A stretch of DNA of 64,000 nt. Source: an uncultured Atribacterota bacterium (GTDB lineage: Bacteria > Atribacterota > Phoenicimicrobiia > Phoenicimicrobiales > Stramentimicrobiaceae). Both the position numbers and the translations under genes were made by a program. The notes below the pieces were generated by a model. It saw only the letters and a list, made by a program, of their open reading frames with translations, was not told where the DNA came from and did no database searches. This document shows, one piece after another, positions 42,162 through 52,748 of this stretch (positions are counted from its first letter, which is position 1; each line of letters starts with the position of its first letter). Location: the NCBI GenBank assembly GCA_964433635.1, contig CAYSSG010000006.1, forward strand, positions 1,022-65,021, given 5' to 3'.

Positions 42162-43607
42162 TTGAAAAGTTTAATACCATCTGAAATTGTTTCCGAATTA
42201 GATAAATATATCGTTGGACAAAAACAGGCCAAAGAAGCAGTTGCTATCGCTTTAAGAAATAGAATCCGGAGGAAAAAGCTTCCTGAGAAGCTGATTGATG
42301 AGGTTACTCCTAAAAATATCATCATGATAGGTCCAACTGGAGTAGGCAAGACTGAAATAGCTCGCCGATTGGCTAATCTGGTCAGAGCACCTTTTATTAA
42401 GATAGAGGCAACAAAATTTACTGAAGTCGGTTATGTGGGTAAAGATGTGGATTCCATGATAAGAGATTTAGTTCAGGTTGCTGTTCAACTGGTACGTAAA
42501 GAAAAAATAAAGGAGCTAACCAAAAAAGCAGAACAGGGAGTTGAGGAAAGAATTTTACAGGCACTCTTCCCGACTATGCAACAGAATCATTTGAATCATT
42601 TCCACAATGTTGGGAACTCGAGAGATCAAAATCATCAAATTGATACTGTTATCAATACAGAAGATAGCCTGGCCTCACATGACGATTCAGAAGACTTAAC
42701 AAACCGGAATAAGCAAAAGGAAAGATTTGAAAATACCAGAGAAAAATTAAGAGATAGGTTGAGAAATGGTTATCTTGAAGACAGGATGATTGACATTGAG
42801 ATTGAAGAGAAAAGTCAGTATTCGATAGACCTATTCTCCAATCTGGGAATGGAAGGAATCGGAATTAATTTTCAAGACATGATGGACAGAATGTTGCCCC
42901 GAAAGAAAAAACGACAAAAGATGAAAATATCAGAAGCGAGAAAAATCATATTGGATGATGAAATCGAAAAAATGCTGGATATGAATCAGATAGCCAATGA
43001 AGCTGTCAATAGAACCGAGCAGCTGGGGATTGTCTTTATTGACGAAATAGATAAAATAGCAATGCACGAAAAATCCTATGGACCTGATGTATCCAGAAGC
43101 GGTGTACAGAGAGATATCCTGCCTATAATTGAAGGTTCTACTGTCATGACCAAATATGGTGCAGTAAAGACCGATCATATTCTTTTTATAGCAGCTGGAG
43201 CATTTACCTCATCAAAACCTTCCGATTTAATCCCCGAATTACAGGGAAGATTTCCTTTACGTGTTGAACTGAACAGCCTGAGTCAGGATGATTTGAAAAA
43301 AATATTAATAGAGCCTGACAATGCACTTATAAAACAATATAAGGCACTTTTAAAAACAGAAGGAATCGAATTGGATTTTACAGAAGATGCGATTAAGGAA
43401 ATAGCCAGGATTGCTGCCGTTGTCAATGCACAAAATGAAAATATCGGTGCCAGAAGGCTCTATACAGTCATGGAAAAGTTATTGGATCGTATTTCTTTTA
43501 ATGCTCCCAAAATCGGGAAGAGGAAAATAATGATAACTGAAAAATATGTCCGAAATCGATTAGATAGTATTACCCAAAAAGAAGATTTAAGCAAGTATAT
43601 TTTATAA
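42162..43607 (+). CDS. hslU: ATP-dependent protease ATPase subunit HslU/ClpY (TTG start)
   Basis: [12 protein letters not shown], Walker [10 protein letters not shown]-domain insertion, sensor motifs. Confidence 0.95.
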   Translation: MKSLIPSEIVSELDKYIVGQKQAKEAVAIALRNRIRRKKLPEKLIDEVTPKNIIMIGPTGVGKTEIARRLANLVRAPFIKIEATKFTEVGYVGKDVDSMIRDLVQVAVQLVRKEKIKELTKKAEQGVEERILQALFPTMQQNHLNHFHNVGNSRDQNHQIDTVINTEDSLASHDDSEDLTNRNKQKERFENTREKLRDRLRNGYLEDRMIDIEIEEKSQYSIDLFSNLGMEGIGINFQDMMDRMLPRKKKRQKMKISEARKIILDDEIEKMLDMNQIANEAVNRTEQLGIVFIDEIDKIAMHEKSYGPDVSRSGVQRDILPIIEGSTVMTKYGAVKTDHILFIAAGAFTSSKPSDLIPELQGRFPLRVELNSLSQDDLKKILIEPDNALIKQYKALLKTEGIELDFTEDAIKEIARIAAVVNAQNENIGARRLYTVMEKLLDRISFNAPKIGKRKIMITEKYVRNRLDSITQKEDLSKYIL

Positions 43608-43847
43608 AATAAAGATCATAAAAAATAGGAATTTGTTACGAAGCTTCATATTTTAAGATTTTGAATAAATATAAATTGAATGAATGATGATTATTCTTGA
43701 TTAACCATACTAAATATGTTATACTTATTTGGTTTTTATCTTTCTTAATTTTAGGGCATGAAATCTTAATAAGAATTTCCAAGAGCCTGCCAAAACAAGA
43801 ATTAAATAAATTAAAGGATAATAATAATTAAAAAGGAGAGTGGTCAT

Positions 43848-44561
43848 TTGAGTGTTATATCAATGAAACAATTATTGGAATCTGGTGTTCATTTTGGACA
43901 TCAAAAAAGACGCTGGGATCCGAGGATGCGGCCTTATATTTTTACAGAAAGAAATAATATTTATATCATCGATCTACAACAGACCGTAAAACTGATTGAT
44001 GATGCCTACTATTTTATTCTTGATATTGCCAGTAAAAATGGTACAATTTTGTTTGTTGGAACAAAGAAACAGGCACAAGAATCCATTAGTACTGAAGCTG
44101 AGAAATGTGGGATGCCATATATCAACTACCGTTGGCTTGGGGGAACATTAACTAATTATCATACCATCAATCAGAGAGTTAATCGTCTTTTCCAATTGGA
44201 AGAAATGGAAAAGAATGAAGATTTTAACCGTTTACCAAAAAAAGAAGTCATTGTGTTAAAAAGAGAAAAAGAGAAACTTGAAAGGCTATTAACTGGCATT
44301 AAAAATATGGATAAATTGCCCGATGCTTTGTTTATCATAGATCCCAAGAGAGAGAAGATCGCAGTAGCGGAAGCCAGAAAATTATCTATACCCATCGTAG
44401 CAGTGGTTGATACCAATTGTAATCCTGAAGAAATTGATTATATTATCCCCGGCAATGACGATGCTATCAGGGCAATTAAACTCCTTACCTCGGTCATTGC
44501 AGACGCTGTTCTTGAGGGAAAAAGAGCATCTTTAGAAGAAAATGTGAAAATGGCTGTTTAA
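43848..44561 (+). CDS. rpsB: 30S ribosomal protein S2 (TTG start)
   Basis: [23 protein letters not shown] matches the B. subtilis S2 N-terminus almost exactly. Confidence 0.95.
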   Translation: MSVISMKQLLESGVHFGHQKRRWDPRMRPYIFTERNNIYIIDLQQTVKLIDDAYYFILDIASKNGTILFVGTKKQAQESISTEAEKCGMPYINYRWLGGTLTNYHTINQRVNRLFQLEEMEKNEDFNRLPKKEVIVLKREKEKLERLLTGIKNMDKLPDALFIIDPKREKIAVAEARKLSIPIVAVVDTNCNPEEIDYIIPGNDDAIRAIKLLTSVIADAVLEGKRASLEENVKMAV

Positions 44562-44610
44562 ACAATTTTTACTCCAGTTTGTCAAGGTAACCAAAGGAGA
44601 CAGGAAGAAT

Positions 44611-45204
44611 ATGAGTATCAGTGCTAAACTAGTGAAAGTTTTAAGAGATAAAACCGGTGCGGGTATGATGGACTGTAAAACAGCATTAACCCAAACGAAT
44701 GGGGATTTGGAAAAAGCAGTAGATTATCTTCGTAAGAAAGGTATACAGGCAGCCACTTCAAAATTTGGAAGAACCGCTTCAAATGGAATTATTACTTCAT
44801 ATATCCATCTTAACGGAAAGGTTGGCGTGTTATTAGAGATTAATTGTGAAACTGATTTTGTAGCAAAAACGCCTGAATTCAATGAACTAGCAAAAAACAT
44901 TACCCTCCAGATTGCAGCCGCTAACCCAAAATATGTCAGTCGAGAAGAAGTTCCTGAAGAAGTAATAAGTAAAGAAAAAGAAATATATTTCAGCCAGGCA
45001 GAAAATTTGAATAAACCCGTAAAAGTACTCGAGAATATTGCCGAAGGGAAATTAAACAAATTCTTTAAAGAGACTTGTCTGTTGGAACAGGAATATATTC
45101 GTGATCCTGAAAAAACAACACACCAACTGATATTGGAGACAATAGCAAAGCTCAAAGAAAATATTGTGGTAAAAAGGTTTGTCAGATATCAGTTAGGAGA
45201 ATAG
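44611..45204 (+). CDS. tsf: elongation factor Ts (short form)
   Basis: 197 aa. UBA-like N-terminus (LRDKTGAGMMDCKTAL). Confidence 0.9.
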   Translation: MSISAKLVKVLRDKTGAGMMDCKTALTQTNGDLEKAVDYLRKKGIQAATSKFGRTASNGIITSYIHLNGKVGVLLEINCETDFVAKTPEFNELAKNITLQIAAANPKYVSREEVPEEVISKEKEIYFSQAENLNKPVKVLENIAEGKLNKFFKETCLLEQEYIRDPEKTTHQLILETIAKLKENIVVKRFVRYQLGE

Positions 45205-45282
45205 AAGAGAAAATATGGTATCTCAATAAATCACGGATAGTGTTCACTTCATATTTATAGACCATTTAAAAATAATAATATA

Positions 45283-46008
45283 ATGAATGAAAAAAAACCA
45301 ATCTATAAACGGATATTACTAAAATTGGGCGGGGAATCTTTTTCCGGTACCAAAAATGCCGGTATTGATATTAATCGCGTTAAATTTATTTCCGAAGAAC
45401 TGGTTGAAATAAAGAAGATGGGGCTCCAGATAGCCATTGTAATCGGAGGAGGAAATATTTTTCGGGGCAGAGAGGCTAGTCAAAAGGGAATTAATCAGGC
45501 ATCTGCTGATTATATGGGTATGTTAGGTACTGTCATCAATGCGCTTGCGTTACAGGATGCTTTGGAAAAAATGAATATTGAAACAAGAGTTCAGACTGCA
45601 ATAGAAATGAAAGCCATAGCTGAGCCATATATTAGAAGAAGAGCAATCAGACATCTGGAAAAAAATAGAATTATTATTCTGGCTGCTGGAACAGGTCATC
45701 CTTTCTTTACGACAGATACCGCTGCAGCTTTAAGAGCTATAGAACTGGAGGCTGATGCCATTCTAAAAGCAACTAAAGTGGATGGGGTCTATGAATCTGA
45801 TCCTCTTCAAAATGTGAACGCCTTAAAATTTAAAACGATAAGCTTTATCGATTTTTTAAATAAAAATCTGAAAGTAATGGATGCTACTTCAATATCGTTA
45901 TGTATGGAAAACAAGGTACCAATTATCGTATTTGATCTAAATTCACCTGGAAATATTAAGAAAGTCATTTTGGGTGAACCAATTGGCACAATTGTAAAGG
46001 GGGATTAA
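45283..46008 (+). CDS. pyrH: UMP kinase
   Basis: 241 aa, KLGGESF and [10 protein letters not shown] motifs. Confidence 0.95.
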   Translation: MNEKKPIYKRILLKLGGESFSGTKNAGIDINRVKFISEELVEIKKMGLQIAIVIGGGNIFRGREASQKGINQASADYMGMLGTVINALALQDALEKMNIETRVQTAIEMKAIAEPYIRRRAIRHLEKNRIIILAAGTGHPFFTTDTAAALRAIELEADAILKATKVDGVYESDPLQNVNALKFKTISFIDFLNKNLKVMDATSISLCMENKVPIIVFDLNSPGNIKKVILGEPIGTIVKGD

Positions 46009-46011
46009 TTC

Positions 46012-46569
46012 ATGTTACCTGATGTTCTAAATGAGGCGGAACATAAAATGAATAAAGCCATTAAAATCACTAAAGACGAGCTTTCACAAATTAGAACCGG
46101 TAGAGCATCAACTGCATTGGTAGAAAAAATTAAAGTAGAATATTATGGCGCTCAAACGTCACTGAAAGAGATTGCTAATATTTCAGTTCCCGAGTCTGAT
46201 TTAATTGTTATTCAACCATGGGACAAACATTGTGTTAGCGATGTAGAAAAAGCAATATGGAAAGCTGATATTGGCTTGACGCCCAATAATGATGGTACAG
46301 TTATACGACTATCCATTCCTCCCTTAACTGAAGAACGCAGGAAAGAGATGGTTAAAATAGTGAAAAAAGTGGTGGAGTCAGCCAAAGTCGCTATAAGAAA
46401 TGTTAGAAGAGAAATCAATGATCAGATTAAAAAAATGGAAAAAAGTAGTGAGATTTCTGAAGACCAGAGCAAAGAGGTCCAAAAAGAAATTCAGGAATTA
46501 ACAGACCGTTATACTGAAGAGATGGATAAGATAAGCAAACTCAAAGAGGAAGAGATCATGACTGTATAG
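46012..46569 (+). CDS. frr: ribosome recycling factor
   Basis: 185 aa, typical RRF. Confidence 0.95.
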   Translation: MLPDVLNEAEHKMNKAIKITKDELSQIRTGRASTALVEKIKVEYYGAQTSLKEIANISVPESDLIVIQPWDKHCVSDVEKAIWKADIGLTPNNDGTVIRLSIPPLTEERRKEMVKIVKKVVESAKVAIRNVRREINDQIKKMEKSSEISEDQSKEVQKEIQELTDRYTEEMDKISKLKEEEIMTV

Positions 46570-46799
46570 CATGATTAATAAAAAAAAGTATTTGTGGGAT
46601 TCATTTTTTCTCATCTGGCTGATGATTTCTCTCAAAGAGATCTCCTGATTGAAATATTCGTATTTCTATATTACCTTAAAAAAATTATAAATATTGTTAT
46701 TGTTTCCCCCTTTTTAAATTCTAAATACTCTTTATTTAGATACAAGGAAATTTTCATTCGATAAAAATGGGGGATTTTTTATAAGGGACTAAGGGTTAA

Positions 46800-47546
46800 A
46801 TGATGCTGAACCAAAATCAAGATATTACCGATAAACACGGCCCCAAAGCTATACCTAAACATTTATCTGTCATTATGGATGGAAATGGAAGATGGGCTAA
46901 AAAAAATAATCTTCCACGCTTTGCCGGACATAAAGCGGGTGTCAAGACAATAAGAATGATTATAGCGGAGTCAGCAAAGGCAGGCGTGAATATATTAACG
47001 CTATATGCCTTCTCTACTGAGAATTGGAAGAGATCTAAAAGAGAAATCAATGCACTGATGAATCTATTCCAGGATGTTATTAAAAAAGAAAAAAAGTCTT
47101 TGATTGAGAATCAGATTTGCGTTAGATTTATTGGATATAGAGATACTTTATCTGCACCTTTACAGTCAGCCATGGAAGATCTGGAGTCAGCGACTCAGAA
47201 TAACAAAGGACTTTTATTAAATATTGCCATCAATTATGGAGGAAGATCTGAATTGTGTTATGCATTTCAAACCATTCTTCAGCAATTCAGACAGGGGAAT
47301 TTAGCGTTATCCCAAGTGGACCAAAATCTAATCAATCAACATCTTTATACAAGTGGATTACCCGATCCCGATCTATTAATTCGAACGGGGGGGGAAAGAA
47401 GAATCAGTAATTTTCTCTTATGGCAAATAGCCTATACAGAGCTCTGGTTCACAAAGACATTCTGGCCAGATTTTTCTAAAGATCATTTGTGGAAGGCTTT
47501 TAATGACTATGAAAAAAGGGTGAGGAAATTTGGTGGAGAGGTTTGA
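46800..47546 (+). CDS. uppS: undecaprenyl diphosphate synthase
   Basis: HLSVIMDGNGRWA motif of cis-prenyltransferases. Confidence 0.9.
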   Translation: MMLNQNQDITDKHGPKAIPKHLSVIMDGNGRWAKKNNLPRFAGHKAGVKTIRMIIAESAKAGVNILTLYAFSTENWKRSKREINALMNLFQDVIKKEKKSLIENQICVRFIGYRDTLSAPLQSAMEDLESATQNNKGLLLNIAINYGGRSELCYAFQTILQQFRQGNLALSQVDQNLINQHLYTSGLPDPDLLIRTGGERRISNFLLWQIAYTELWFTKTFWPDFSKDHLWKAFNDYEKRVRKFGGEV

Positions 47547-48345
47547 AAAGCTAAAAATTCGTGCATTAACGATTATCATTGGTGTACCTATTGTATTATT
47601 TATCATTCATCTTGGTGGATATTTTTTCTATTTAGCAGTTATTTTAATCGCTCTTTTAGGCTTTCTTGAATTAAGAGAAATTTTTAAAAATAAAGATTAT
47701 TACCCATCTTTCATTATTGGATTAGCAACTACATTATTTTTTTTACTGCAAAAAACGCTTTCAAAATCACCTTTTTTCCATCCCAGATTCGTCTTTACAA
47801 TCCTATTATTTCTCATTTTAACAGAGCATCTTCTAAAAAACAGACAAAAGAGTGCTATAATCAACATTGCTCTGACATTATTTATTGCTGTATATATAGG
47901 CCATTTTCTGTCATTTTTAATTGACATTACTTTATTTGCACAGGGTAAAATGTATCTCATTTTTGCATTATTCACAACTTGGATGAGTGATACTGCTGCC
48001 TATATTGTAGGTGTAAATTTTGGCAGGAGGCATCCATTTCCCTCTATCAGCCCTAACAAAACATTAGAAGGTTCCGTTGGTGGTATCATAGGTGGTATAC
48101 TGTGTGGTCTGGCTTTTACCTCTCTACTTCCTCTGATGAAATGGAGCACCTTAATGATACTTGGCGGAACTGCAGCAATTTCTGGTCAAATTGGTGATTT
48201 ATTTGAATCAATGATAAAAAGGAATTTTGAAGTAAAAGATTCAGGTAAACTATTCCCGGGACATGGAGGAATACTGGATTGCATGGACAGTATTTTATTC
48301 TCAATTCCGATTCTATATTTTTGTTTATTCTTTATGACTCAATAA
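47530..48345 (+). CDS. cdsA: phosphatidate cytidylyltransferase (TTG start overlapping uppS stop)
   Basis: 271 aa polytopic membrane protein, CTP-transferase signature (SxxKRxxxxKDSGxxxPGHGGxxDR). Confidence 0.85.
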   Translation: MVERFEKLKIRALTIIIGVPIVLFIIHLGGYFFYLAVILIALLGFLELREIFKNKDYYPSFIIGLATTLFFLLQKTLSKSPFFHPRFVFTILLFLILTEHLLKNRQKSAIINIALTLFIAVYIGHFLSFLIDITLFAQGKMYLIFALFTTWMSDTAAYIVGVNFGRRHPFPSISPNKTLEGSVGGIIGGILCGLAFTSLLPLMKWSTLMILGGTAAISGQIGDLFESMIKRNFEVKDSGKLFPGHGGILDCMDSILFSIPILYFCLFFMTQ

Positions 48346-48376
48346 TTTTATAACATAAACGGGGTGTGTTTATTTC

Positions 48377-49540
48377 ATGAAAAAACGTATTACAGTGTTA
48401 GGTTCAACCGGTTCAGTAGGCAGGCAGACTCTTGATGTCATCCAGAATGAACCGGAAAGTTTTGAAGTCGTTGCCTTATCAGCCTGGAATAATATTGAAT
48501 TACTGAGAGAACAAATAGCCTGCTTTAATCCCAAATATGTTGTTGTGAAGGATGATCGGTTGGCTAAAGATTTAAAAAGACAATTATCAGGTAAAACCAC
48601 TTGTCGTATATTGTATGGAGAATATGGATTTACTAAAATAACAACACTGCAAGAGAATGATATTGTAGTGGTAGCTATTACAGGTATGGCGGCTTTAAAA
48701 CCAACAATGGAGGCGATTAAGGCAAAAAAAGATATCGGTTTAGCCAATAAAGAAATTGTTGTTTCTGCCGGTGAAATATTAATGAAAGAGGCAAAAGCCA
48801 ATAATGTTAAGATTATTCCAATTGATAGTGAACATAGCGGTCTCTGCCAATGCATTGAGCCACATTCTGTTCAAAACATTGAAAAGATCATTATAACGGC
48901 ATCAGGTGGTCCCTTTTATCATTTAAAACAGACTGCCCTGAATCATGTCTCAGTAGAAGAAGCCCTCAATCACCCCAATTGGCATATGGGAAAAAAAGTA
49001 TCAATAGATTCAGCTACCTTAATGAATAAAGGATTGGAGGTCATTGAGGCATATTGGCTTTTTAATATTCCGATCAATAAGATAGAAATTTTGGTTCACC
49101 CCCAGAGTTATATTCATGCCCTCGTACAATATGATGATGGTAGTATGTTAGCTCAACTAAGTAATCATGATATGCGTATTCCCATTCATTTTGCTTTGCA
49201 CTACCCTGAAAGGATTAAAAATAATTTACCAAGAATCAATTTAGCTAAGATTGGACAGTTGACCTTTAAAAAATTGGATACGAAAAGATTTCCCAGTGTA
49301 GATCTCTGTTATGAAGCAATTAGACAGGGCGGTACATTACCAGTAGTCCTGAATGCTGCAAACGAGGTTGCAGTCAATGCCTTTTTAAATCAAAGATTGA
49401 AATTCAGGGATATCGTTGAAATTGTAACATCAGTCATAAATCAACATGTGAACAGATTAAATCCAACGATCAATGATATTATCAATCAAGATTGGGAAAC
49501 AAGAAAAACAACATCTCAAATATGCAAGGAGTTTTTATAG
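48377..49540 (+). CDS. dxr: 1-deoxy-D-xylulose 5-phosphate reductoisomerase
   Basis: ITVLGSTGSVG N-terminus, 387 aa. Confidence 0.95.
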   Translation: MKKRITVLGSTGSVGRQTLDVIQNEPESFEVVALSAWNNIELLREQIACFNPKYVVVKDDRLAKDLKRQLSGKTTCRILYGEYGFTKITTLQENDIVVVAITGMAALKPTMEAIKAKKDIGLANKEIVVSAGEILMKEAKANNVKIIPIDSEHSGLCQCIEPHSVQNIEKIIITASGGPFYHLKQTALNHVSVEEALNHPNWHMGKKVSIDSATLMNKGLEVIEAYWLFNIPINKIEILVHPQSYIHALVQYDDGSMLAQLSNHDMRIPIHFALHYPERIKNNLPRINLAKIGQLTFKKLDTKRFPSVDLCYEAIRQGGTLPVVLNAANEVAVNAFLNQRLKFRDIVEIVTSVINQHVNRLNPTINDIINQDWETRKTTSQICKEFL

Positions 49541-49541
49541 A

Positions 49542-50603
49542 TTGTTAACACTTTTAGCTTTTATCTTCGTCTTAGGAATTGCCATTTTTTTTCATGAAAC
49601 AGGCCATTTTATTACCGCAAAACTATCAGGAATCAAGGTCTATCGTTTCGCTTTAGGCTTTGGTCCAAAAATTGCAGGGGTATTCTGGAAGGGAACGGAA
49701 TACCTATTATGTCTGTTTCCTTTTGGAGGGTACGTTAAAATGGCCGGTGAAGATTCACAAAGAGAAAAAATTGAAAATGGGAGTAGATCCCCGGGAGACG
49801 ATGTACCTGATAACCAGAGATACGATAAAAAATCGATCTTTACCAGAATCCTTGTTGTGGTGAATGGTCCTGTAATGAACATTATATTGGCAATATTATT
49901 ACTTGTGATTGTCTTTTATTTTTCTGGAACGGCACGTGTAACAAATATGATCAGCGAGATTGCCGAAGGAACTCCAGCAGAAGAGGCAGGAATCAAGAGT
50001 GGTGATCATATTATTGCTATTGATTCTTTCAGAATAGAAGATGCTGAAAGAATATCAGAAATAATAAGTCAGAATAAGGGTACAATGATTACCCTGGAAC
50101 TTTTGAGGGAAAATGAGGTCATCGAAACCCGACTTATTCCCGAATATAATGAGGAATATGAAAGGGCTATGATTGGTATTACTCTTGCAGTGAAAATTGA
50201 GAAATTGACTTTCTTTCAGTCAATTCAAAAGTCGTTTTTGACTACTGGTGAGATAGTACGTTTAATCGGAAAGGGATTTGTAGAAATGTTTACCGGCAGA
50301 ATGCCAGTGGAATTGGCAGGCCCGTTAGGCATTGCTCGGATGGCTGGAGAAGCAGCTCAGGTCGGATTCCTGAACCTATTATTTTTTACATCCGTCATCA
50401 ATATTTTTCTGGGAATCATGAATCTTTTCCCAATTCCTATCTTGGACGGTGGACAAATTGTTCTGTTAGCCATAGAAAAAATAAGAGGTAAGCCCCTTGC
50501 ACCTGAGCATATTAATTTCCTTTATCTTGTTGGTATAGCCTTGATTGTTATTATTTTTTTAATCGCAACTTATCAGGATATTTTAAGGATTTTCATAAAT
50601 TAA
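49542..50603 (+). CDS. rseP: RIP zinc metalloprotease RseP/RasP (TTG 49542 preferred; the ORF track starts at 49473, overlapping dxr)
   Basis: HETGH in TM1, PDZ domain, LDGG motif. RBS CAAGGAG 10 nt before TTG. Confidence 0.85.
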   Translation: MLTLLAFIFVLGIAIFFHETGHFITAKLSGIKVYRFALGFGPKIAGVFWKGTEYLLCLFPFGGYVKMAGEDSQREKIENGSRSPGDDVPDNQRYDKKSIFTRILVVVNGPVMNIILAILLLVIVFYFSGTARVTNMISEIAEGTPAEEAGIKSGDHIIAIDSFRIEDAERISEIISQNKGTMITLELLRENEVIETRLIPEYNEEYERAMIGITLAVKIEKLTFFQSIQKSFLTTGEIVRLIGKGFVEMFTGRMPVELAGPLGIARMAGEAAQVGFLNLLFFTSVINIFLGIMNLFPIPILDGGQIVLLAIEKIRGKPLAPEHINFLYLVGIALIVIIFLIATYQDILRIFIN

Positions 50604-50615
50604 AAGGTTTGACCT

Positions 50616-51701
50616 ATGACAGATATGATTAGGAGAAGAAATAGTAGAACGGCTCAAATCGGCTCTCTTAAAATTGGCGGTAACTATCCTGTCTCTGTTC
50701 AATCCATGACGAATTGTGACGTCAGAGACCTTCAAGCCACAATTAATCAGATCAGGCGATTAGAATCAGCAGGATGTGATGTAGTACGCATTGCTTTTCC
50801 TGATATCGAGTCCTGTCATTTGATACCGATGATTAAAAAGAATACTCATATTCCCATTATGGCAGATATACACTTTGACCATTCAATTGCACTGGAAGCG
50901 ATGGAATATAATATCGACGGTATAAGAATCAATCCCGGAAATATAAAAAAAGAATTTCAGTTCATCCAGGTAATGGAAAAAGCCCGAAAAAAGAACGTTA
51001 TGATACGCTTCGGCATTAATGCCGGATCATTAAATAAAAAGATTCTGGAAAAATTCAAGGAACCAAATGTAGAAGCGATGGTAGCAGAGGCATTTCAGCT
51101 CATTGCTTTTTTAGATAAAATTCATTATCACAATATTGTTCTTTCCATCAAATCAAGTAATGTCTTAGATACCATCCGAGCAAATGAAATTATTGCCCAA
51201 AAGTGTGAATATCCAATGCATATCGGGATCACTGAAGCCGGATTTGATCAGTCAGGTATTATTAAATCAACTGCCGGAATCAGTATCCTGTTATATCAGG
51301 GCATCGGGGATACCATAAGAGTTTCTTTATCCGGTGATCCGGAGAAAGAGGTCATGGTAGGCTATGATATTTTACGCTCACTGGGCATCAGAAGAAGGGG
51401 AATTAATATGATAACATGCCCTACCTGTGGGAGATGCCAGGTAGATATCCAGAAGATAGGACGAGAAATTGAAAATAAATTAAAAGATATACAATATCCC
51501 TTTACGGTTGCTGTAATGGGTTGCGTAGTTAATGGTCCTGGTGAAGCAAGAATAGCCGATGCCGGAATTGCATTTAATCAGGACGAAGCAATGTTATTCA
51601 GAAGAGGCCAACTTATTGGCCGCTTCCATATCAATGATTCGGCACAGGCACTTATACGAGAAGTCAGAACGATGGCTAATATACAAAATAACATCAGGTG
51701 A
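50616..51701 (+). CDS. ispG: 4-hydroxy-3-methylbut-2-en-1-yl diphosphate synthase
   Basis: 361 aa, GcpE family with CPTCGRC cluster motif. Confidence 0.95.
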   Translation: MTDMIRRRNSRTAQIGSLKIGGNYPVSVQSMTNCDVRDLQATINQIRRLESAGCDVVRIAFPDIESCHLIPMIKKNTHIPIMADIHFDHSIALEAMEYNIDGIRINPGNIKKEFQFIQVMEKARKKNVMIRFGINAGSLNKKILEKFKEPNVEAMVAEAFQLIAFLDKIHYHNIVLSIKSSNVLDTIRANEIIAQKCEYPMHIGITEAGFDQSGIIKSTAGISILLYQGIGDTIRVSLSGDPEKEVMVGYDILRSLGIRRRGINMITCPTCGRCQVDIQKIGREIENKLKDIQYPFTVAVMGCVVNGPGEARIADAGIAFNQDEAMLFRRGQLIGRFHINDSAQALIREVRTMANIQNNIR

Positions 51702-52339
51702 TGAATATGATGAATGTTTCTGTTATAATCCCTGCTTATAATGAAGAAAGTACGATTGCAGAGGTTATTAAAACCACAAAAAAGGTCCCTGAGATTCATT
51801 CCATTATTGTTGTCAGTGATGGTTCCACTGATCATACAGTAGAGATTGCCCGTGCTCAAGATGTAAAGGTTTACAAACTGAAGAAAAATATTGGTAAGGG
51901 AGGAGCCATTAAAAGAGGATTTGAAAAGACTGACTCAGATATATTATTATTTCTGGATGCAGATTTAATAGGCTTAAAACCTGAGCATATCTATTCTTTA
52001 ATTAATCCAATCAGGGAAAATTCCGCTGACATGACAATCGGTATCTTCAGCCAGGGCAGACTGTTAACCGACTTACCCCAATTACTGACACCTGGTCTCT
52101 CCGGACAGAGGGCTATGAAAAGAGAAATTATTGATATTATTCCTCACCTTGATTTATTGAATTACGGTTTGGAGGTCGCTATCAATAAGACAGTCAAAAA
52201 ATATGGCTATAGAGTCAGTCAGGTAAAACTGAATAATATGACACAAAAAATAAAAGAAGAAAAATACGGCCTGGTAGAAGGAATAAAAAAAAGGTTGCAG
52301 ATGTATCTTGATATTGTAAAACAGTTAAAATCTGATTAA
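51698..52339 (+). CDS. family 2 glycosyltransferase (GpgS/DPM1-like), start-stop overlap with ispG
   Basis: VIIPAYNEE and DxD (LFLDADL) motifs. 213 aa, no TM segments. Confidence 0.65.
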   Translation: MMNMMNVSVIIPAYNEESTIAEVIKTTKKVPEIHSIIVVSDGSTDHTVEIARAQDVKVYKLKKNIGKGGAIKRGFEKTDSDILLFLDADLIGLKPEHIYSLINPIRENSADMTIGIFSQGRLLTDLPQLLTPGLSGQRAMKREIIDIIPHLDLLNYGLEVAINKTVKKYGYRVSQVKLNNMTQKIKEEKYGLVEGIKKRLQMYLDIVKQLKSD

Positions 52340-52375
52340 TGAGTCATTTTTTTGCCTTGATTCATTAAGGTTTTT
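52336..52375 (+). terminator. intrinsic terminator after the GT2 gene (ttaatgagtca-N11-tgattcattaa followed by ggttttt)
   Basis: 11-bp stem with 1 mismatch plus T-run. Confidence 0.55.
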
Positions 52376-52594
52376 AAAAATATTTCCTGTTAAGAATTCA
52401 TCAGTTGACAACTTTTCTGTTCTTTACCAGAACGCCTCATTTCTAATAATGCAATGATGTTTTAGCAATACTCATGATCATATCAAACTATTTATTACTA
52501 TTCTGGAGAGGCAATGCAAAAAGAAAACAGTAGTAAATCTGACAAAAAGAGAATAAGGAGATTATAAGAGTATAAGACTATCACAGGTTGAAAA

Positions 52595-52623
52595 TTGACT
52601 TAAAAAAACTTTTATGGTAGATT
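52595..52623 (+). promoter_or_regulatory. candidate promoter of the V-ATPase operon (TTGACT-17 nt-TGgTAGATT)
   Basis: -35/-10 hexamers with extended -10 TG. About 125 nt upstream of the first ntp gene. Confidence 0.45.
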
Positions 52624-52748
52624 TTAGAGGATATGCGGTTTTTCCTGTTCTAAAATTTTTCAGTAAATGATTTCAGAACAAAGGATGTGGCTGAATTGAT
52701 TCATTACATATCATATAAAAAAAGTAAAAACCTACTATTGGAGTCGGT

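Noticed and set aside
43608-43847. Imperfect long-range inverted repeat (ttattcttgattaa ... ttaataagaat) in the 240-nt rpsB leader.
   Set aside because: The match is imperfect and AT-only, so it could arise by chance in an AT-rich spacer. No recognisable S2 autoregulatory leader motif.
46571-46648. 25-codon hydrophobic ORF (MINKKKYLWDSFFLIWLMISLKEIS) right after the frr stop.
   Set aside because: No Shine-Dalgarno sequence. It may simply be spacer sequence. Kept only as a note under the frr-uppS spacer finding.
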